Positions 48,351-61,143 of a DNA stretch of 64,000 nt are shown here, in pieces. Each line of letters begins with the position of its first letter. Within the stretch, counting starts at the first letter, position 1. Source of the DNA: Mobula hypostoma (taxonomy: Eukaryota). The translations under genes were made by a program, and so were the position numbers. The notes beneath the pieces were generated by a model. It ran no database searches. It was not told the origin of the DNA and worked only from the letters and a program-made list of their open reading frames with translations. The DNA lies in NCBI RefSeq assembly GCF_963921235.1, contig NC_086097.1:35776001-35840000 (forward strand), read 5' to 3'.

Positions 48351-49047
48351 CACTCGGTGGCCACGTTATTAGGTACCTCCTGGGCCTAATTGTTGTGTAG
48401 TTAATATTTCTGCACGAAGAGCAGAATCAAATCGCTGTGATGATTGTATGCTCTAGTATCAATTGTTTGGTGACAATAAAGTATAAAATATTTCAGTGGT
48501 ATTTGAGTAATATTGTAAATATATTGTTTGTGTAAGCATCCTTGTTTCTTTAAGTAATTAATTACGAGTTATATGTATAAATACATGAATTGTATACATC
48601 ATCACGCTACCACGTGATGCATGCTTGCCTCGCTTTAAGTAAACACAAAGTTAGACCTGCATCCTTGGACACCTATGTCTTCTTTTGAATTAGTTTAATG
48701 TTTTGAAATATACAAAATTTAGCACTAACAAAGCAGCCACTGAGTGTATGTTCATGTTCTTTTGCTGCTGTAGTCAATCCACTTCCAGGTTCGACATGTT
48801 GTGTGTTCAGAGATGAGTTTCTGCATATCATTGTCATAAAGCACGATTATTTGACCATGGAATGATACCAACTATCATTCCATGGTCAAAGGCACTTAGA
48901 TCACTTTTTTCCCAATCTGATATTTAGTCTGAACAACAACTGAACCTCTTGACCATGTCTGCATGCTTTTATGCATTGATTGGTTAATTGGATATTTGCA
49001 TTAACAAACAGGTGTATGGCTGTACCTAACAAAGTGGCCACTGAGTG
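48351..49047. mobile_element. Tc1/mariner non-autonomous element with nested insertions
   Basis: TA|CACTCGGTGGCCACGTTATTAGGTAC ... GTACCTAACAAAGTGGCCACTGAGTG; extra internal TIR copy near 48725-48746. Confidence 0.85.
48391..48724. mobile_element. Probable solo LTR (TG...CA) carrying a 76-bp LINE tail
   Basis: CTAAT / CTAAC flanks; inner insert 48411-48486 flanked by AATATTTC. Confidence 0.65.
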
Positions 49048-49496
49048 CATGTTGTCCTCTCACATTTCCAGCTCTGATGGTGTCCTTGAATCAAGTCATC
49101 AGCTCACTTCTTCTCCCCATTGATGATTCTTGACATCCTAAGTGCTTCTAGCAGCCTTCATTTTTGTTTCAGATTTCCAACATCTTCAGTTTATTTTACT
49201 CCCATGATTTTAGTTAACCCGTTCATTGTAGGAGGTCTAATTTACAGGCCTAAAGCTGCCAGGTACAATAGCAAGGCCCCTAGACTGGAAGACACTTTAA
49301 TGGGGCAATGAAGCAATGACCCAGTACCCCCCTCGTATCCTGTGACAGCAAGTAAAGCCAATGGCCGAAACTGACAGAGATTATAAATGATTATAAACTC
49401 CCAAAAGCTATTACAACTGAAATAAGTAATATTCTAAAATTACATTTTAAAATAAGAAGAAAGTAAGGTGAAAATACATGAAGATACTTAGCAATA

Positions 49497-49766
49497 GAGT
49501 CATAGAAAATTACAGCAGAGAAATCAGCCCTTCAGCCCATCTGATCTGTGCCAAAACATCTAAACTACTCAGTCCCAACACCTGCACCAGGACCATAGCC
49601 CTCCATACCCCTCTCATCCACAAACCTATCCGAACTTCTCTTAAACATTGAAATTGAGCTCACATGCAGCACGTGCACTGACAGCTCATTCTACAATCTC
49701 ATCACCTTCTGAGTGAAGAGAATTCCCCTCATGTTCCTCTTCAACTTTTCACCTTTCACCCTTAAC
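49497..49766 (-). mobile_element. CR1 3' end
   Basis: TAGAGTCATAG tail; GGGAATTCTCTTCACTCAGAAGGTG on the minus strand. Confidence 0.75.
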
Positions 49767-49767
49767 C

Positions 49768-49955
49768 ACCTTCTTACTCTGGCAGCTTCCCCCTACCTTT
49801 CCAGTCCTGATGTACGATCTCAGTCCGAAACATCGACTTAGATCTTAGGTCATTGACTTCTTCATCTCCATAGATGTTGCCTGATCTCCAGAGTTCGTCC
49901 AGCATTTTGTGTGTGTGACTCTGGATTTTCAACATCTACAGATTCTCTTGTACTT
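49768..49955 (+). mobile_element. Solo PLE terminal repeat, hammerhead remnant 49803-49838
   Basis: AGTCCTGATGTACGATCTCAGTCCGAAACATCGACT. Confidence 0.75.
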
Positions 49956-51143
49956 ATGAATGGCTAATTAAGTATGCCCAGCTCCCATGTCTGAGCTGAA
50001 AGTAATTTCTAAAGTCTCTGAAACACAGACCTTCCATTCATTGAGGTTATTTCTCACTCAGTTTTTCTACAGAAATTTCACTATATCTACTGTTTCCTTT
50101 GAACTGCTTGTTCAAGCTGTAGCCTGTAGTACCTATCTGCAAGTTAATGCGATCTGTAACCTCCTCGGTGTCTCCCAAACCCACCAAACTGGTGGTCTAT
50201 TCATTTGAGACCAGAACATCCCATAGGTTTCTGAATTTCCTTGCAGCCCATAATTCTTTCAATAACACGTCTCCTCAATCTGATTGAGTTGGCCCAGTCT
50301 GTTCCCAGGGTCACGGGCGCATTCTCAAACAAAGTTACTATGTTAGTTAATTGGATTGACCCAATCCTGCCGGACCCGAAGTAGCCATCCCACTTGTTAC
50401 TCAGGAGTGATAGCAACACTGCCTTAGTCTGCCTCAGTGAACAGTATGGAAATACACATCCTATCCCATCACAGGATCACTCAAAATGGCCTTCCCAGTC
50501 ACCCACTCAATCAACATGATGGCCTATCATGTATCACCTTTATCGCACTCTTTGGATGTGCAATCAGTTCCACTGAATACCCTGCTCGCATTTCGAAGCA
50601 ATGCCCCTAGTGAAGCTGCTCACATTCTCACTCGCCATCTCCTGCACAATCCTCCTCTTTCTGCCCTGCTTCTCTTGAATTCTCTCCAGGGTGTCTGATA
50701 GCGTTGGACTGAAAAGGACTGTGGACACTTGCTTTGGTAGAATCCTTTGTGCCAATAAACTCACCCAAGCCTTGTATGACCCCAGTCCCACTGGAAGAAT
50801 CTTCCACTTCCCCTCTGTAGATAGAAAGAATTCACATGAAGTCTGGTTTACGTTCAGTACAAACATTCTCTTTATTACCAGCTGACATCAACCGGGAAGT
50901 CACTTGTTCCAGAATGAATACTGACAGATCTAAAGTTCTTCTTGTTCCTACAATATCTGCTTTACCCACTGCTTTCTCTACCTCACAGGCACTGGGAATA
51001 CATAGAGTGAGATATGCCTTTTGCCATGTCAAGCTTCAGTACCTATCCTCTGCATGAACTGTGTACAGTTCTAGTTTTACCTTAAATGTACAATGGCAAA
51101 GTTTATGGAGCTGTTGCTAGGCTCATAGCATGAGTTCAATAAA

Positions 51144-51608
51144 TACATACAAAATGCTGGAGGAACTCAGCAGGCCAGGCAGCATTAATGGAAAAGGGTG
51201 AACAGTTGGTGTTTCGGGCCGAGACCCTTCAGCAGAACTGGAGTAAAAAAGATGAGGAGCAGATGGGGGGAAGGGAGAGAGAAACACAAGGTGATAGATG
51301 AAGTCAGGAGAGGGAGGGGTGAAGTAACGAGCTGGGAAGTAGGTGGGTGAAAGAGATAAGGGCTGGAGAAGGAGGGGGGGATCTAATAGGAGAGGACAAA
51401 AGGCCATGGAAGAAAGAAAAGTGAGGAGGAGAACCAGAGGGCAGCCATGGGCAGGTAGGGAGATAAGGTGAGAGAGGACAAAGGGGATGGGGAATGGTGA
51501 AGGCGGGGGGGCATTACCGGAAGTTCGAGAAATCGATGTTCATGCCATCAGGTTGGAGGCTGTGCAGGCGGAATATAAGATGTTGCTCCTCCAACCTGAG
51601 TGTGGCCT
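51144..51608 (-). mobile_element. Neptune-type PLE 3' fragment
   Basis: Endonuclease C-terminus plus terminal repeat; hammerhead near 51204-51239; CATGARTTCARTAAA at 51129-51143 and 51609-51623. Confidence 0.85.
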
Positions 51609-52552
51609 CATGAATTCAGTAAAGTTCACTTTAGCCTACAGTTTGTGGCTGATGCCTCTTAAGCCTTTTATAGACTTTCATTGTCTGGTGCCTGGTAGGG
51701 ACTTGCTTTATCCCTGAACTACATGCTAATCCCCCTACTCTCTCTGTTGTTCCAGAGAGCCAAGAATTCACTATTCCCCACTATGAGCTTACTCTTACTC
51801 CCCCCTCCTCTGGTATAACAGTGCTCCTCTGTCTGTGTCCTTCCTCTGCATCTGGATCATTCAACCAATAGAACAATCCCACTTGTCTCTGAGGACCGAT
51901 GCTTGAGTCAGCTCACTCTGCCGGAGCGTCCCAGTCAATCTCATGTCCATTTCCTGCCCTCCATGCCAAGCATTCTCCTTCTCAGACAATCCAGCTTTCT
52001 AGTTTCACCATCACCTGCTACACTGTCTCATTGCCAATGCAAAGTCTGTGGTTTCTCTAACGTCATTGTAAGTACTGTCACTTGGACTGGGCAGAATTAA
52101 CAATAGAACATCTTTTACTGAAGCCATCCACTTTCAAACTTTTCAGCAGATTCTGGTACAGCAATGTATTAAAATCATGCTGTACATTCTGTACCTACAA
52201 TTGAACACATATATAAATTAATAGAACATAAGAATTTAGAGTAAGTTGAACAGCACTTTAAGCCTGCTTCTTCATTCAACAAGACTGACCTGATCACATT
52301 CAAAGTCCCATACCCCTTTCTTTCACATAGACCAAAAATCTGCTATCTATATCTAGTAATTCTGTCTCCATGGCTCTCCGGAGTAGAGAATACCAAAGAG
52401 TCACAGCCCTCAAAGAAAGTATTCTCTCCATCTCACTTTCAGATAGCTAGTCCCTTTATCCTGGGACCATGATGCTTTGATTTTTGATACTTTCACCAGA
52501 GGAAACCTGCCACAATCCTCTGAACCTTTTGATCTATCATGGCTGAACAACG

Positions 52553-52785
52553 GGAGAGGTGAACTCTGACATGGACAGTCCCAAGCCTGGTTGCGAGAGG
52601 AGGAGGGTTGGCAGTAAAATCCCAGCGCTACAGAAACACCTGCAGAAGTTCAAAAGTCCTTGTCCCTGGGAGAGGAAGGATCTTCGAAGATGGGTTACAC
52701 CCAGAGACAACTAGAAAGATAGAGGATAGAGGACTCTGGTCAGCTGCTGTCAGTGGGCCCCAGTAGCGGTGATGGGCTTAAGGAA
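52553..52785 (+). mobile_element. Short RTE-related non-autonomous element (putative)
   Basis: CCCAAGCCTGG..GAGGAGGAGGGTTGG head and a DRGLW.AAV-like 3' end; recognised by eye. Confidence 0.4.
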
Positions 52786-53156
52786 GGAATGGGAGACACC
52801 TGAACTTCATCCCTTGTCTCACTCAGAGGAACGCAAATGGGATAATAAAGCATATATACATATAGTGTAGAATTTAGTGTGTTACTATATTGTAGTTATT
52901 AAAAACCTAGTTACTGAAACCCTGCAGCATTTTTCCCATTCAAGGAATAGTTCCTGAGAAACAAATGGTGGAGTCACTGGAGTAGAACTGAACAATAGTA
53001 CTGAGAGAAGGTGAAGAGAACATGTTTACTGACCAAATGTATAGCGTGATTGGATTTTTCAGATGATGACCGAATAAACTTCAACATCAATTTAAAAAAA
53101 ACCAAAATAAATGAATTTTTTAATGAAATGTGAGAAAGGTGACTTCAATGGTGATT

Positions 53157-53270
53157 TTATATATATATAGACAGATAGATAGAGAGAGAGAGACACACAC
53201 ACAGAGGTAGGGTTAGGGTTAGGGGTAGGGTTAGAGTTAGAGTTAGAGACAGAGTTGGAGAGAGAAAGAA
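53157..53270. repeat. Compound microsatellite with telomere-like (TTAGGG/TTAGAG)n
   Basis: (TA)(GA)(CA) runs followed by GTAGGGTTAGGGTTAGGGGTAGGGTTAGAGTTAGAGTTAGAG. Confidence 0.9.
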
Positions 53271-54474
53271 AGCTTGTACTACTAGCCTGTTTATTCAGAC
53301 TAACCTGATGTTTGACCATCTAAGCAGAGGCCAAGAACCTCTCAAACTCAAGCTCAATCAACATCAGTGAATGCACTCCATAGGAAACCTGAGTAGATTG
53401 GCCTTAGGCGATCAGGTAACATCTGTAATCTCAAGGTAACCAAGCAGTTGAAACAATGAAATAGCTTGACAATACCCTAAACCCTTGATCATTTGAAAGC
53501 AGCATTTCTTTGGGGAATTTGTTACACACGGCATAGTGAACATCAAGCTGTTGGCTGCAGGTAAGCAAGTCTCAGCCCAGTGTATGAATCAACAATAAAC
53601 TCCTCCAAAACTGACAAGGTGCAGTTTGAAGACATACTCATCACCAAGAATAAACCAACAGGATCTATTGGTCGTTACAACCACTAGCTACTGCAGCTAA
53701 GAAATGAACTGCTATTGATTTAGTTTCTGTAGAAAGATGGTTAATCAGAATGTAGTACACTGCAAATAACTAGCCCAATATATCTGTTCGCCTGAATATA
53801 TATCAGCTCTCTACTGACTGCATGTGGATAAAAAACAGAAATAAAAACATTACGGTAACAAATTGGATTTAAAGGCTTTGGGCTGTTGACATCTGTACTT
53901 CGCAGTAATAAATTACAAAGGTTGATATCAGTACCAACAAGAGCGACATTGTGTAAGATGAAAGGCAGTTTTATTCACAACTGGCTTTAAGCCAGGATGC
54001 AGATGAAATAAATGCCACACCTCTCTTTAAAATTAATTTAAAATGAAAGCAGTTATTCCACAGAACACCATTCATCTCCAGTGAACATCTGTATTATGCA
54101 TTTTCCTCAGAACTTCAGTAAATGATATTCAATGTTCAGGAAAAACCTATCTAGCTTCCCATTTGCCAAAACGTTTCAAACTTCTATTAAATTGTTTCTT
54201 CACTTCACTGCTCCAGTCCAAAACTTAGCTCCCCTTTTGAAGTTAGTATCTCAACTTTGACATCTGCCTTCTAAGCCTCTGCTCCATACCACGTGGCAAT
54301 CAAAACTACACATTGCACTTCAGTTCAACCAAGGCTTTATAATAGCTAATCAGAGTTTTTCTCTTATAGGCATGGTTGGAACACTCTGCTGAATATTGTC
54401 CATTGTAGTAGCTTTATTTACTACTTTCAAGGAAGTTTTTTCTGAGGTGGTCACTCCTAAGATACAGGCAGAAA

Positions 54475-54890
54475 GTAACACACACAAAATGCAGTTCAGG
54501 CAGTATCTATAGGAAGGAGTAAAAATTGGCAGCTTGGGCCACAACCTTTCATCCGGACTGGAAAAGAAGGGGAAAGAAGCTGGAGGAGGAAGGAGAGGAG
54601 GAGAGAAAGGAGAGGAGGAGAGAAGGAGAGGAGGAGAGGAAGAAGAGGAGGAGAGGAACCAGTACAGCTAGCAGGTGATAGGTGAAGCCAGCTGAGATGA
54701 AGTGAGAAGCTGGGAGGTGATAGGTGAAAGTGGTAATGGGCTAAAGAAGAAGGAATCTGTTAGGATAGGATAGTGGATCACAGGAGAAAGGGAATGAGGA
54801 GGGGAACCAGAGAGAAGTGAGGGGCAAGTGAAGTGAAGGATAAGAGGGAAGACAGAAAGTGGAATAGAAAAAGAGAGAAGGGAGAGGGTT
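54475..54890 (-). mobile_element. PLE terminal repeat with expanded (GGAGA) purine repeat at 54581-54657
   Basis: ACACACAAAATG..CTTTCATCCGGACTGG..GGTGATAGGTGAAG. Confidence 0.7.
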
Positions 54891-54929
54891 GCTTCTCCAA
54901 CCTGAGAGCAGAAAGCAGCTGGGTGGCCG

Positions 54930-56330
54930 CCTGTTAAGGCAAAGGGAGAAGGCAGATCGTGCAAGATTCCCCTGTGTAATTCCTCTCAAGTATAGCATTC
55001 TGGATACTGTTGGTGGGGGGTGGTGATTGTTCATGAGAAGGCTGTAGTAGGAAGGTTTGTGGCATCAGGACTGGCTCTAAGGATCAGTGAGGAAGGTTGA
55101 AGGCAGAAAGGACCACATGATGAGGCTCGATAGTTATGGGAGTGGATAGGACATTCTGTGGCCACAAAAGGCCTCCAGAATGCTACGTTACCTCCCCGGT
55201 GCCAGGTTCCTGAACGTCACAGAGTGGCTACAGAACAGCGTCAAGGGGAAGGGTGAGCAGCCCGAAGTCACTGAACATGTTGGCAAAGATGTCTTAATAG
55301 AGTAAGGGATAAGGTCCTGTGGAGTTACTTATAGGGAACTAAGGGAAAAAAGTTAAAAAGCAAGACCTTGAGGGTAGTAATCTCTTGATTATTTCCAAAT
55401 GTTTGGATCATTGGGATCCCTACTGGGCAACATATCCTGGAAGGCATATTAGCCAATGCTACCAAGATGGGTTTAAACTTGATTCCAAGCATCATAAAGG
55501 CAAATGAGCGGCTGGGAAGTGATGCAATTTGAATAGGTATAATAGGCAGGAAAATAGCAGGGAGGGAAGAAACCCCATTGGATTAAATTGTATTTATTTC
55601 AATGCAAGAGATCAGACAAGTAATGTGGATGTCGGGCTTGGGTAACTATTCGAGAATGCAGCATTATAGCCATTATGGAGATATGGCTAAGGAAGGGACA
55701 GGACTGGCCGTTCCATCTTCCGGAGTACAGGTGATTAGAGGCGAAGGAACGTTGGAAAAGCGGGAGCTGATTAAGGGGAATGTCACAGAAGCAGTCAGAT
55801 GAAATAACTAAGGATTACCCAGTGTGGCTTTGTGGGTGAAACTGAGAAGTAAGAAGGGGATGATCACATTGTTGGGATTGTACTATAGGCACTTCCAGGA
55901 CCTGAGGAACTGAGTTATCGGGTTGGACGTGCTTATTCCTGAGAGTATAGGAGACTGAGATGTGGTCTTATCAAGGTGTATAAAATCATGAGGGGCATAG
56001 GAGAATTCATATAGTGAGGTGAATTCACTCAGTCCTTTTTCCCCAGTGTATCAAGAACTAGAAGAAAAATGAGAGGGGAAAGATTTACAAGGTAATTGAA
56101 GGACATTTTACTAAGGGTGCTATCTATGTGGAATCAACTGCCAGAGGAAGTGGCTGTGGCAGGTAAAAGAACAACTTTAAAGGTAGTTGGACAGCTACAT
56201 GAATTGGAAAGATTTGGAAGGTTATGGCCACAATGGCAAATGGAACTAGATTAGATGAGGCAACTTGGTCAGCATCGACCATTTGGCCAAAGGCCTTGTT
56301 TCCATGCTGTATTATGACTTTGACTCTGAT
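54930..56330 (+). mobile_element. Old, heavily deleted CR1 (ORF1 esterase, endonuclease bits, 3' end)
   Basis: LPGAR..V.E.LQN..KGKGEQPEV..HVG; GLYYR; 3'UTR GGCCAAAGGCCTTGTTTCCATGCTGT. Confidence 0.75.
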
Positions 56331-56419
56331 TATAGATTTAAATCCCAACAGAGGATATTTAGTCAAATACTAATACTAATCATATACTATTGTTATTGTT
56401 GTTCATTGGAATCCACTTC

Positions 56420-56650
56420 TGAAATTCACTTATGAGTCACAAGGTTGTCACTCTAAAGATTTGAACACAAAATCTACCCAGGTATCCAGTCCAAAACCAA
56501 GGAAGGCCACACTGCATTTCAGAAGGCCTATCAATGCTCTCAGGTGGATGTAAAATAATCCTATAGTATTATTCTGAAGAGGAAGAGTATAATTATCCCT
56601 GTCATCCTGGAAAAATTTATTTCTCACTCAAAATTTTCTAATGCAGATTC
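56420..56650 (+). mobile_element. Ancient Deu-domain SINE relic
   Basis: CTCTCAGGTGGATGTAAAA..TGAAGAGGAAGAG..TCCTGG..ATTTAT resembles the Deu core as I recall it. Confidence 0.55.
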
Positions 56651-57029
56651 AAATTAGCATTAAGACATGATGCCTTAGTTTCCCAGAGTATCTTCATACT
56701 CATAGTATATTTGGAAAGACTTGCTTTGAAGGAAACATGAAGCATTTTTGCCAGAGTGATTTACAAAATCATGGGGTTGTCCTCTGAGAAAATGTTTGTG
56801 GCATAAGCCTAAACTATTAGATCTAAGCTTTCACTAAAACACAAAAGTTTATCGGAAGGAATAGCAAGAATAGCAGATGCTAAGAGTTACTTTCTCTTGC
56901 TGAAGAGCAGAAATAAGGAGCCCAATCTCAAGGAAAAGGGCTGGCCAGTTTGGATTAAGAAGAGAATTTCTTTTCATAATTCAGAGGTTTGTGAATCTTT
57001 GGAGTTCCCTTTGTCAGAGGACTATAGAC

Positions 57030-58062
57030 GTTGTAGACCCAGCATTCAACACCATTGTTCCCTCAGTACTAATCACCAGGCGTCTAAACCTGGGCCTCTG
57101 TACCTCGCTCTGCAACTGGATCCTTGACTTGCAATTGGGAGGCAACAGTCAGTACGGATTAGTAATAACATCTCCTCCTCATTAACAAAGGCACAAAGCA
57201 AGGATGTGTGCTTAGCCCATTTTTCTAATTTCTCTACACTCATGATTGTGTGATTAAGCATACATTTAAATTCACAGATGACACCAGTGCTGTTGGTAAA
57301 ATCGCAGATGACGACAAGGGGGAGTACAGCAGTGAGATAGATCAGCTGGTTGAGTGGTGTTGCAACAGCACCCTTGGGCTCAATGTCAGCAAAGCCAAAG
57401 AATTGACTATGGACTTCAAGAAGAAGAATTTAGGAGAACACGCACCAGTTTTCATTGAGTAATCAATGGTGGAAAGGATAAGCCTCTTCAAGTTCCGGGT
57501 TGTCAACATCTCAGAGGATATGTCATGGGCTCAACACATTGTAACCACAAAGAATTGACTCAACTTCATTCAGAGTAGAGGAGATTTGGTACGTAACTAA
57601 AGACTCTTCCAAATTTCTACAGATGCACGGTGGAGGCCATTCTGACAGGTTGCATCAGAGCCTGACACAGAGGCTCCAATATGTAGGATTCCAAGGGCTT
57701 CTGAGGGTGGAAGACTCAGCCAGCTCCATCAGGGGCACAACCCTCCCCGCTGTCAGGGGCATCGCCAAGAGGCGGCGCCTCAAGAAGGTGGCATCCATCA
57801 TTAAGGACCCTCGCCACCTGGGACCTGCTCTCCACACATTAATATCAAATGGGAGGAGGTACAGGAGCCTGAAGACCCACACACAATGATTCAGAAACAG
57901 CTTCTTCTCTTCTGCTGTTGGATTTCTGAATTGCCGCATTATTCCTTTTTTTGCATTGTTTATTTTGCAACTTATGGTAATTTTTATATCTTTCCACCTT
58001 ACTGTCTCAGCAAAATAAATTTCATGTTATATAGGACCCTGTTAATAAACCTGATTCCAATT
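57030..58062 (+). mobile_element. Rex1/Babar-like RT fragment to 3' tail
   Basis: AFNTIVPS.L, LCNWILD, KFTDDT, LNVSK.KEL..DF, ASIIKDPRH. Confidence 0.85.
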
Positions 58063-58432
58063 CAGAAGATCAAAAGGCTGCTGGATCAGATACTAAGGGG
58101 CTGGTAAATAAGTTTGAGACACAGCTTTATCCGTGATCTTACTGTGAAGTGAAGCAAATTCAACATAGTTGCTCTATTTCTTAAATCCGAGGAACTCATG
58201 GAACGGCCTTAGTCCAGACTCATGGGACTTCTGACTGAAATCCTCATTCTGAACAATTTTAGATAAATGTGCAAACTTCAGTTGTGAGAATTATTAAGAT
58301 CCTAAACCCTCATTCTAAAAGGGAAATGTCGGCTGATTTTCTGAATAATCATACTGGTTGCTGGAATAAGTGCTTGAGGAAAGGGAATTTACTGGTTTTG
58401 ACACAAAAAGCAGTAACGTGGAGCTAGGCATT

Positions 58433-60291
58433 ACACACAAAATGCTGGAGGAGTTCAGCCTGCCAGGCAGCGTCTATGGAAAAAAAGTACAGTCGACATT
58501 TTGGGCCGAGACCCTTTGGCAGGAGAAAAAAAGGTGAGGAGTAGATTTAAAAGGTGAGGGGAGAGAGAAACACAAGGTGATAGGTGAAACTGGGAGGGGG
58601 AGGGATGAAGTAAAGAGCTGAGAAGTTGATTGGTGAAAGAGATACAGGGCTGAAGGGGGGAGTCTGATACAAGAGGACAGAAGGCCATGGAAGAAAGAAA
58701 AGGTGGGGAGGCGCACCAGAGGGAGGCGATTGGCAGGCAAGGAGATAAGGTGAGAGAGGGAAAAGGGGATGGGGAATGGTTAAGCGGGGGGCCATTACCA
58801 GAAGCTGGAGAAATCGATGTTCATGCCATCAGGTTGAAGGCTAGCCAGAGGGAATATAAGGAGTAGTTCCTCCAATCTGAGTGTGGCCTCACCACAACAG
58901 TAGAGGAGGCTATGGATTGACTTATTGGAATGGGAATGGGAAGTGGAATTAAAATGGGTGGCCACTGGGAGATCCCGCTTTATCTGGTGGATGGAGCGTA
59001 AGTGCTTGTGACGTGGTCTCCCAATTTATGTTGGGTCTCACTGATATACAGGAGGCCACAACTGGAGTACCAGCCCCAGTATGACCCCAACTCAAAGGTG
59101 AAGTGTCACTTCACCTGGAAGGTCTGTTTGGGGCCCTGAATGGTAGTGAGGGAGCAGGTGGAGGTGCAGTTGTAGCATTTGTTCCGCTTGCAAAGATAAG
59201 TGCCAGGAGGGAAGATGTGCTTGGTGGTGGGATCCCGTTGGGGATGGCGTGTTCCAGAGGGTTATGTGCTTCTCATGGAGGCTGGTGGGGTGGTAGGTGA
59301 GGACAGGAGGAACCCTATCCGTGGTAAGGTTGCTGGAGGATGGGGTGAGAACAGACGTGCGTGATATGGAAGAGATGCAGTTGAATGCAGTGTCGATGGT
59401 GGAGGAAGGGAAGCCCCTTTCTTTGAAAAAGGAGGACATCTCCTTCGTTCTGAAATGAAGTCTCATCCTGAGAGCAGATGCGGCAGAAATGGAGGAATTG
59501 AGAGAAGGGAATGGCATTTTTACAAGTAACAGGGTGTGAGGAGGTATATTCCAGGTAACTGTGAGAGTCTGTGGGTTTATAAGACTTCAGTAGATAAGCT
59601 GTCTCCAGAGATAGAGACAGAGAGATCGAGAAAAGTGAGGGAGGTGTCGGAAATGGACCAGATAAATTTGAGGGCAGGGTGTAAGTTGGAGGCAAAGTTG
59701 ATGAAGTCGCTGATCTCCGCATGGATGCAGGAAGTAGTACCAATGCAGTTGTCAATGTCGTGCAGGAAAAGTAGGGGAGTGACACCAGTATAGGCTTGGA
59801 ACATGGACTGTTCTACATAGCCAACATAAAGGCAGGCATAGCTGGGACCCATGTGAGTGCCCATGGCTACACCTTTTGTTTGAAGGAAGTGGGAGGAGCC
59901 AAAGGAGAAATTATCAAGAGTGAGGACACATTCCACTAGATGGAGGAGAGTGGAGGTGGAGGGGAATTGGTTGGGTCTGGTGTCCAGAAAGAAACGGAGA
60001 GCTTTGAGACCTTCCTGGTTGGGGATGGAAATGTATAGGGACTGGACATCCATAGTGAAAATAAGGTGATGGGGGCAGGGAACCTGAAATTATTGAAAAG
60101 ATCCAGAGCGTGTGAAGTTTCACGGATGTAGGTAGGAAGGGAATGAACTCGGGGGGGACAAAACAGAGTCGAGGTATGCAGACATGAGTTCAGTGGGGCA
60201 GGAGGGTCTACCTGGACAAGCGGGTTTGTGGATCTTGGGTAAGGGGTAGAAGTGGGAGGTGCAGGGTGCGGGAACTATGAGGTTGGTGGCA
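58433..60291 (-). mobile_element. Neptune-type PLE with RT core, linker, GIY-YIG and terminal repeat; 15-bp TSD
   Basis: FYPLPKIHKP, MDVQSLYISIP, QTKGVAMGT..GPSYACL, HDIDN (decayed YIDD), YKPTDSHSYL; GTGGAGYTAGGCATT at 58418-58432 and 60292-60306. Confidence 0.93.
59577..60053 (-). pseudogene. PLE reverse transcriptase core with inactivated catalytic motif
   Basis: D..SLY, G.AMG motifs; YIDD read as DIDN. Confidence 0.9.
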
Positions 60292-60774
60292 GTGGAGTTA
60301 GGCATTGCTGTCTTTCCGACCATAAGCAAAAGAGTAAATGGACAGAACACCCTCCTTTTCTATGACGTTTTCATCAATAAATATGTTCTGCTGGAAATCT
60401 GGGTTGTGAACCCACTCTTATTTTGACAGCACTTATTCACTGCTATTTATAATCATTATATCATTCAATAATTTATATGCAAAGTGAGCATAAACTCTAG
60501 GCCAACTCATTTGTCTCCATTTTACTTCCCAGGTTTGAATGTAAAAGGACCCAGGATACCATTTAGAAGAGGAATTCATCTAAGGTCCTGGCCAATAGTA
60601 ATTCCTCAACCAGCTTTATCAGAGCAGGTTTCTGCTGTTATTCGCTGTGCCTAATCTATAATGTTCCTGCAGTGACAACAGTTCAAAATGATTCAGCACA
60701 GAACATCATTGGTCTGAATATGTATAAGGATTATCAGAGAACAAAACTGATTAAGTCGGTAATATGGGAATTCT

Positions 60775-61135
60775 ATTTCCCACTCTCGCCTCTTACCTCT
60801 TCTCCTCACCTGCCTATCACCTCCTTCTGGTGCCCTCCTTCCTTTCCTTTTTCCATGGTCCACTCTCATCTCCTATACGATTCTTTCTTCTCCAGCCTTT
60901 TACCTTTCTCGCCCTCTTGGCTTCACCTATCACCTTGTCGCTGGTCTTCCTTCCCTTTCCCCCACTTTTATATTCTGACATCTTCCCCCTTCCTCATCAG
61001 TCCTGAAGAATGGTCTTGCCCCAAAACATCAAATGTTTATTCAGTTCCATAGATGCTGCCTGAGCTGCTAAGTATCTCCACCATTTTGTGTGGGTTGATC
61101 TGAATTTCCAGCATCTACAGAATCTCTTGTGTAAA
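60775..61135 (+). mobile_element. Solo PLE terminal repeat, hammerhead remnant near 60999-61034
   Basis: AGTCCTGAAGAATGGTCTTGCCCCAAAACATC; tail GAATTTCCAGCATCTACAGAATCTCTTGTG. Confidence 0.75.
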
Positions 61136-61143
61136 CATGTTAT

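Noticed and set aside
53500..53566. Plus-strand exon ending CAG|GTAAGC
   Set aside because: No convincing acceptor or recognisable reading frame
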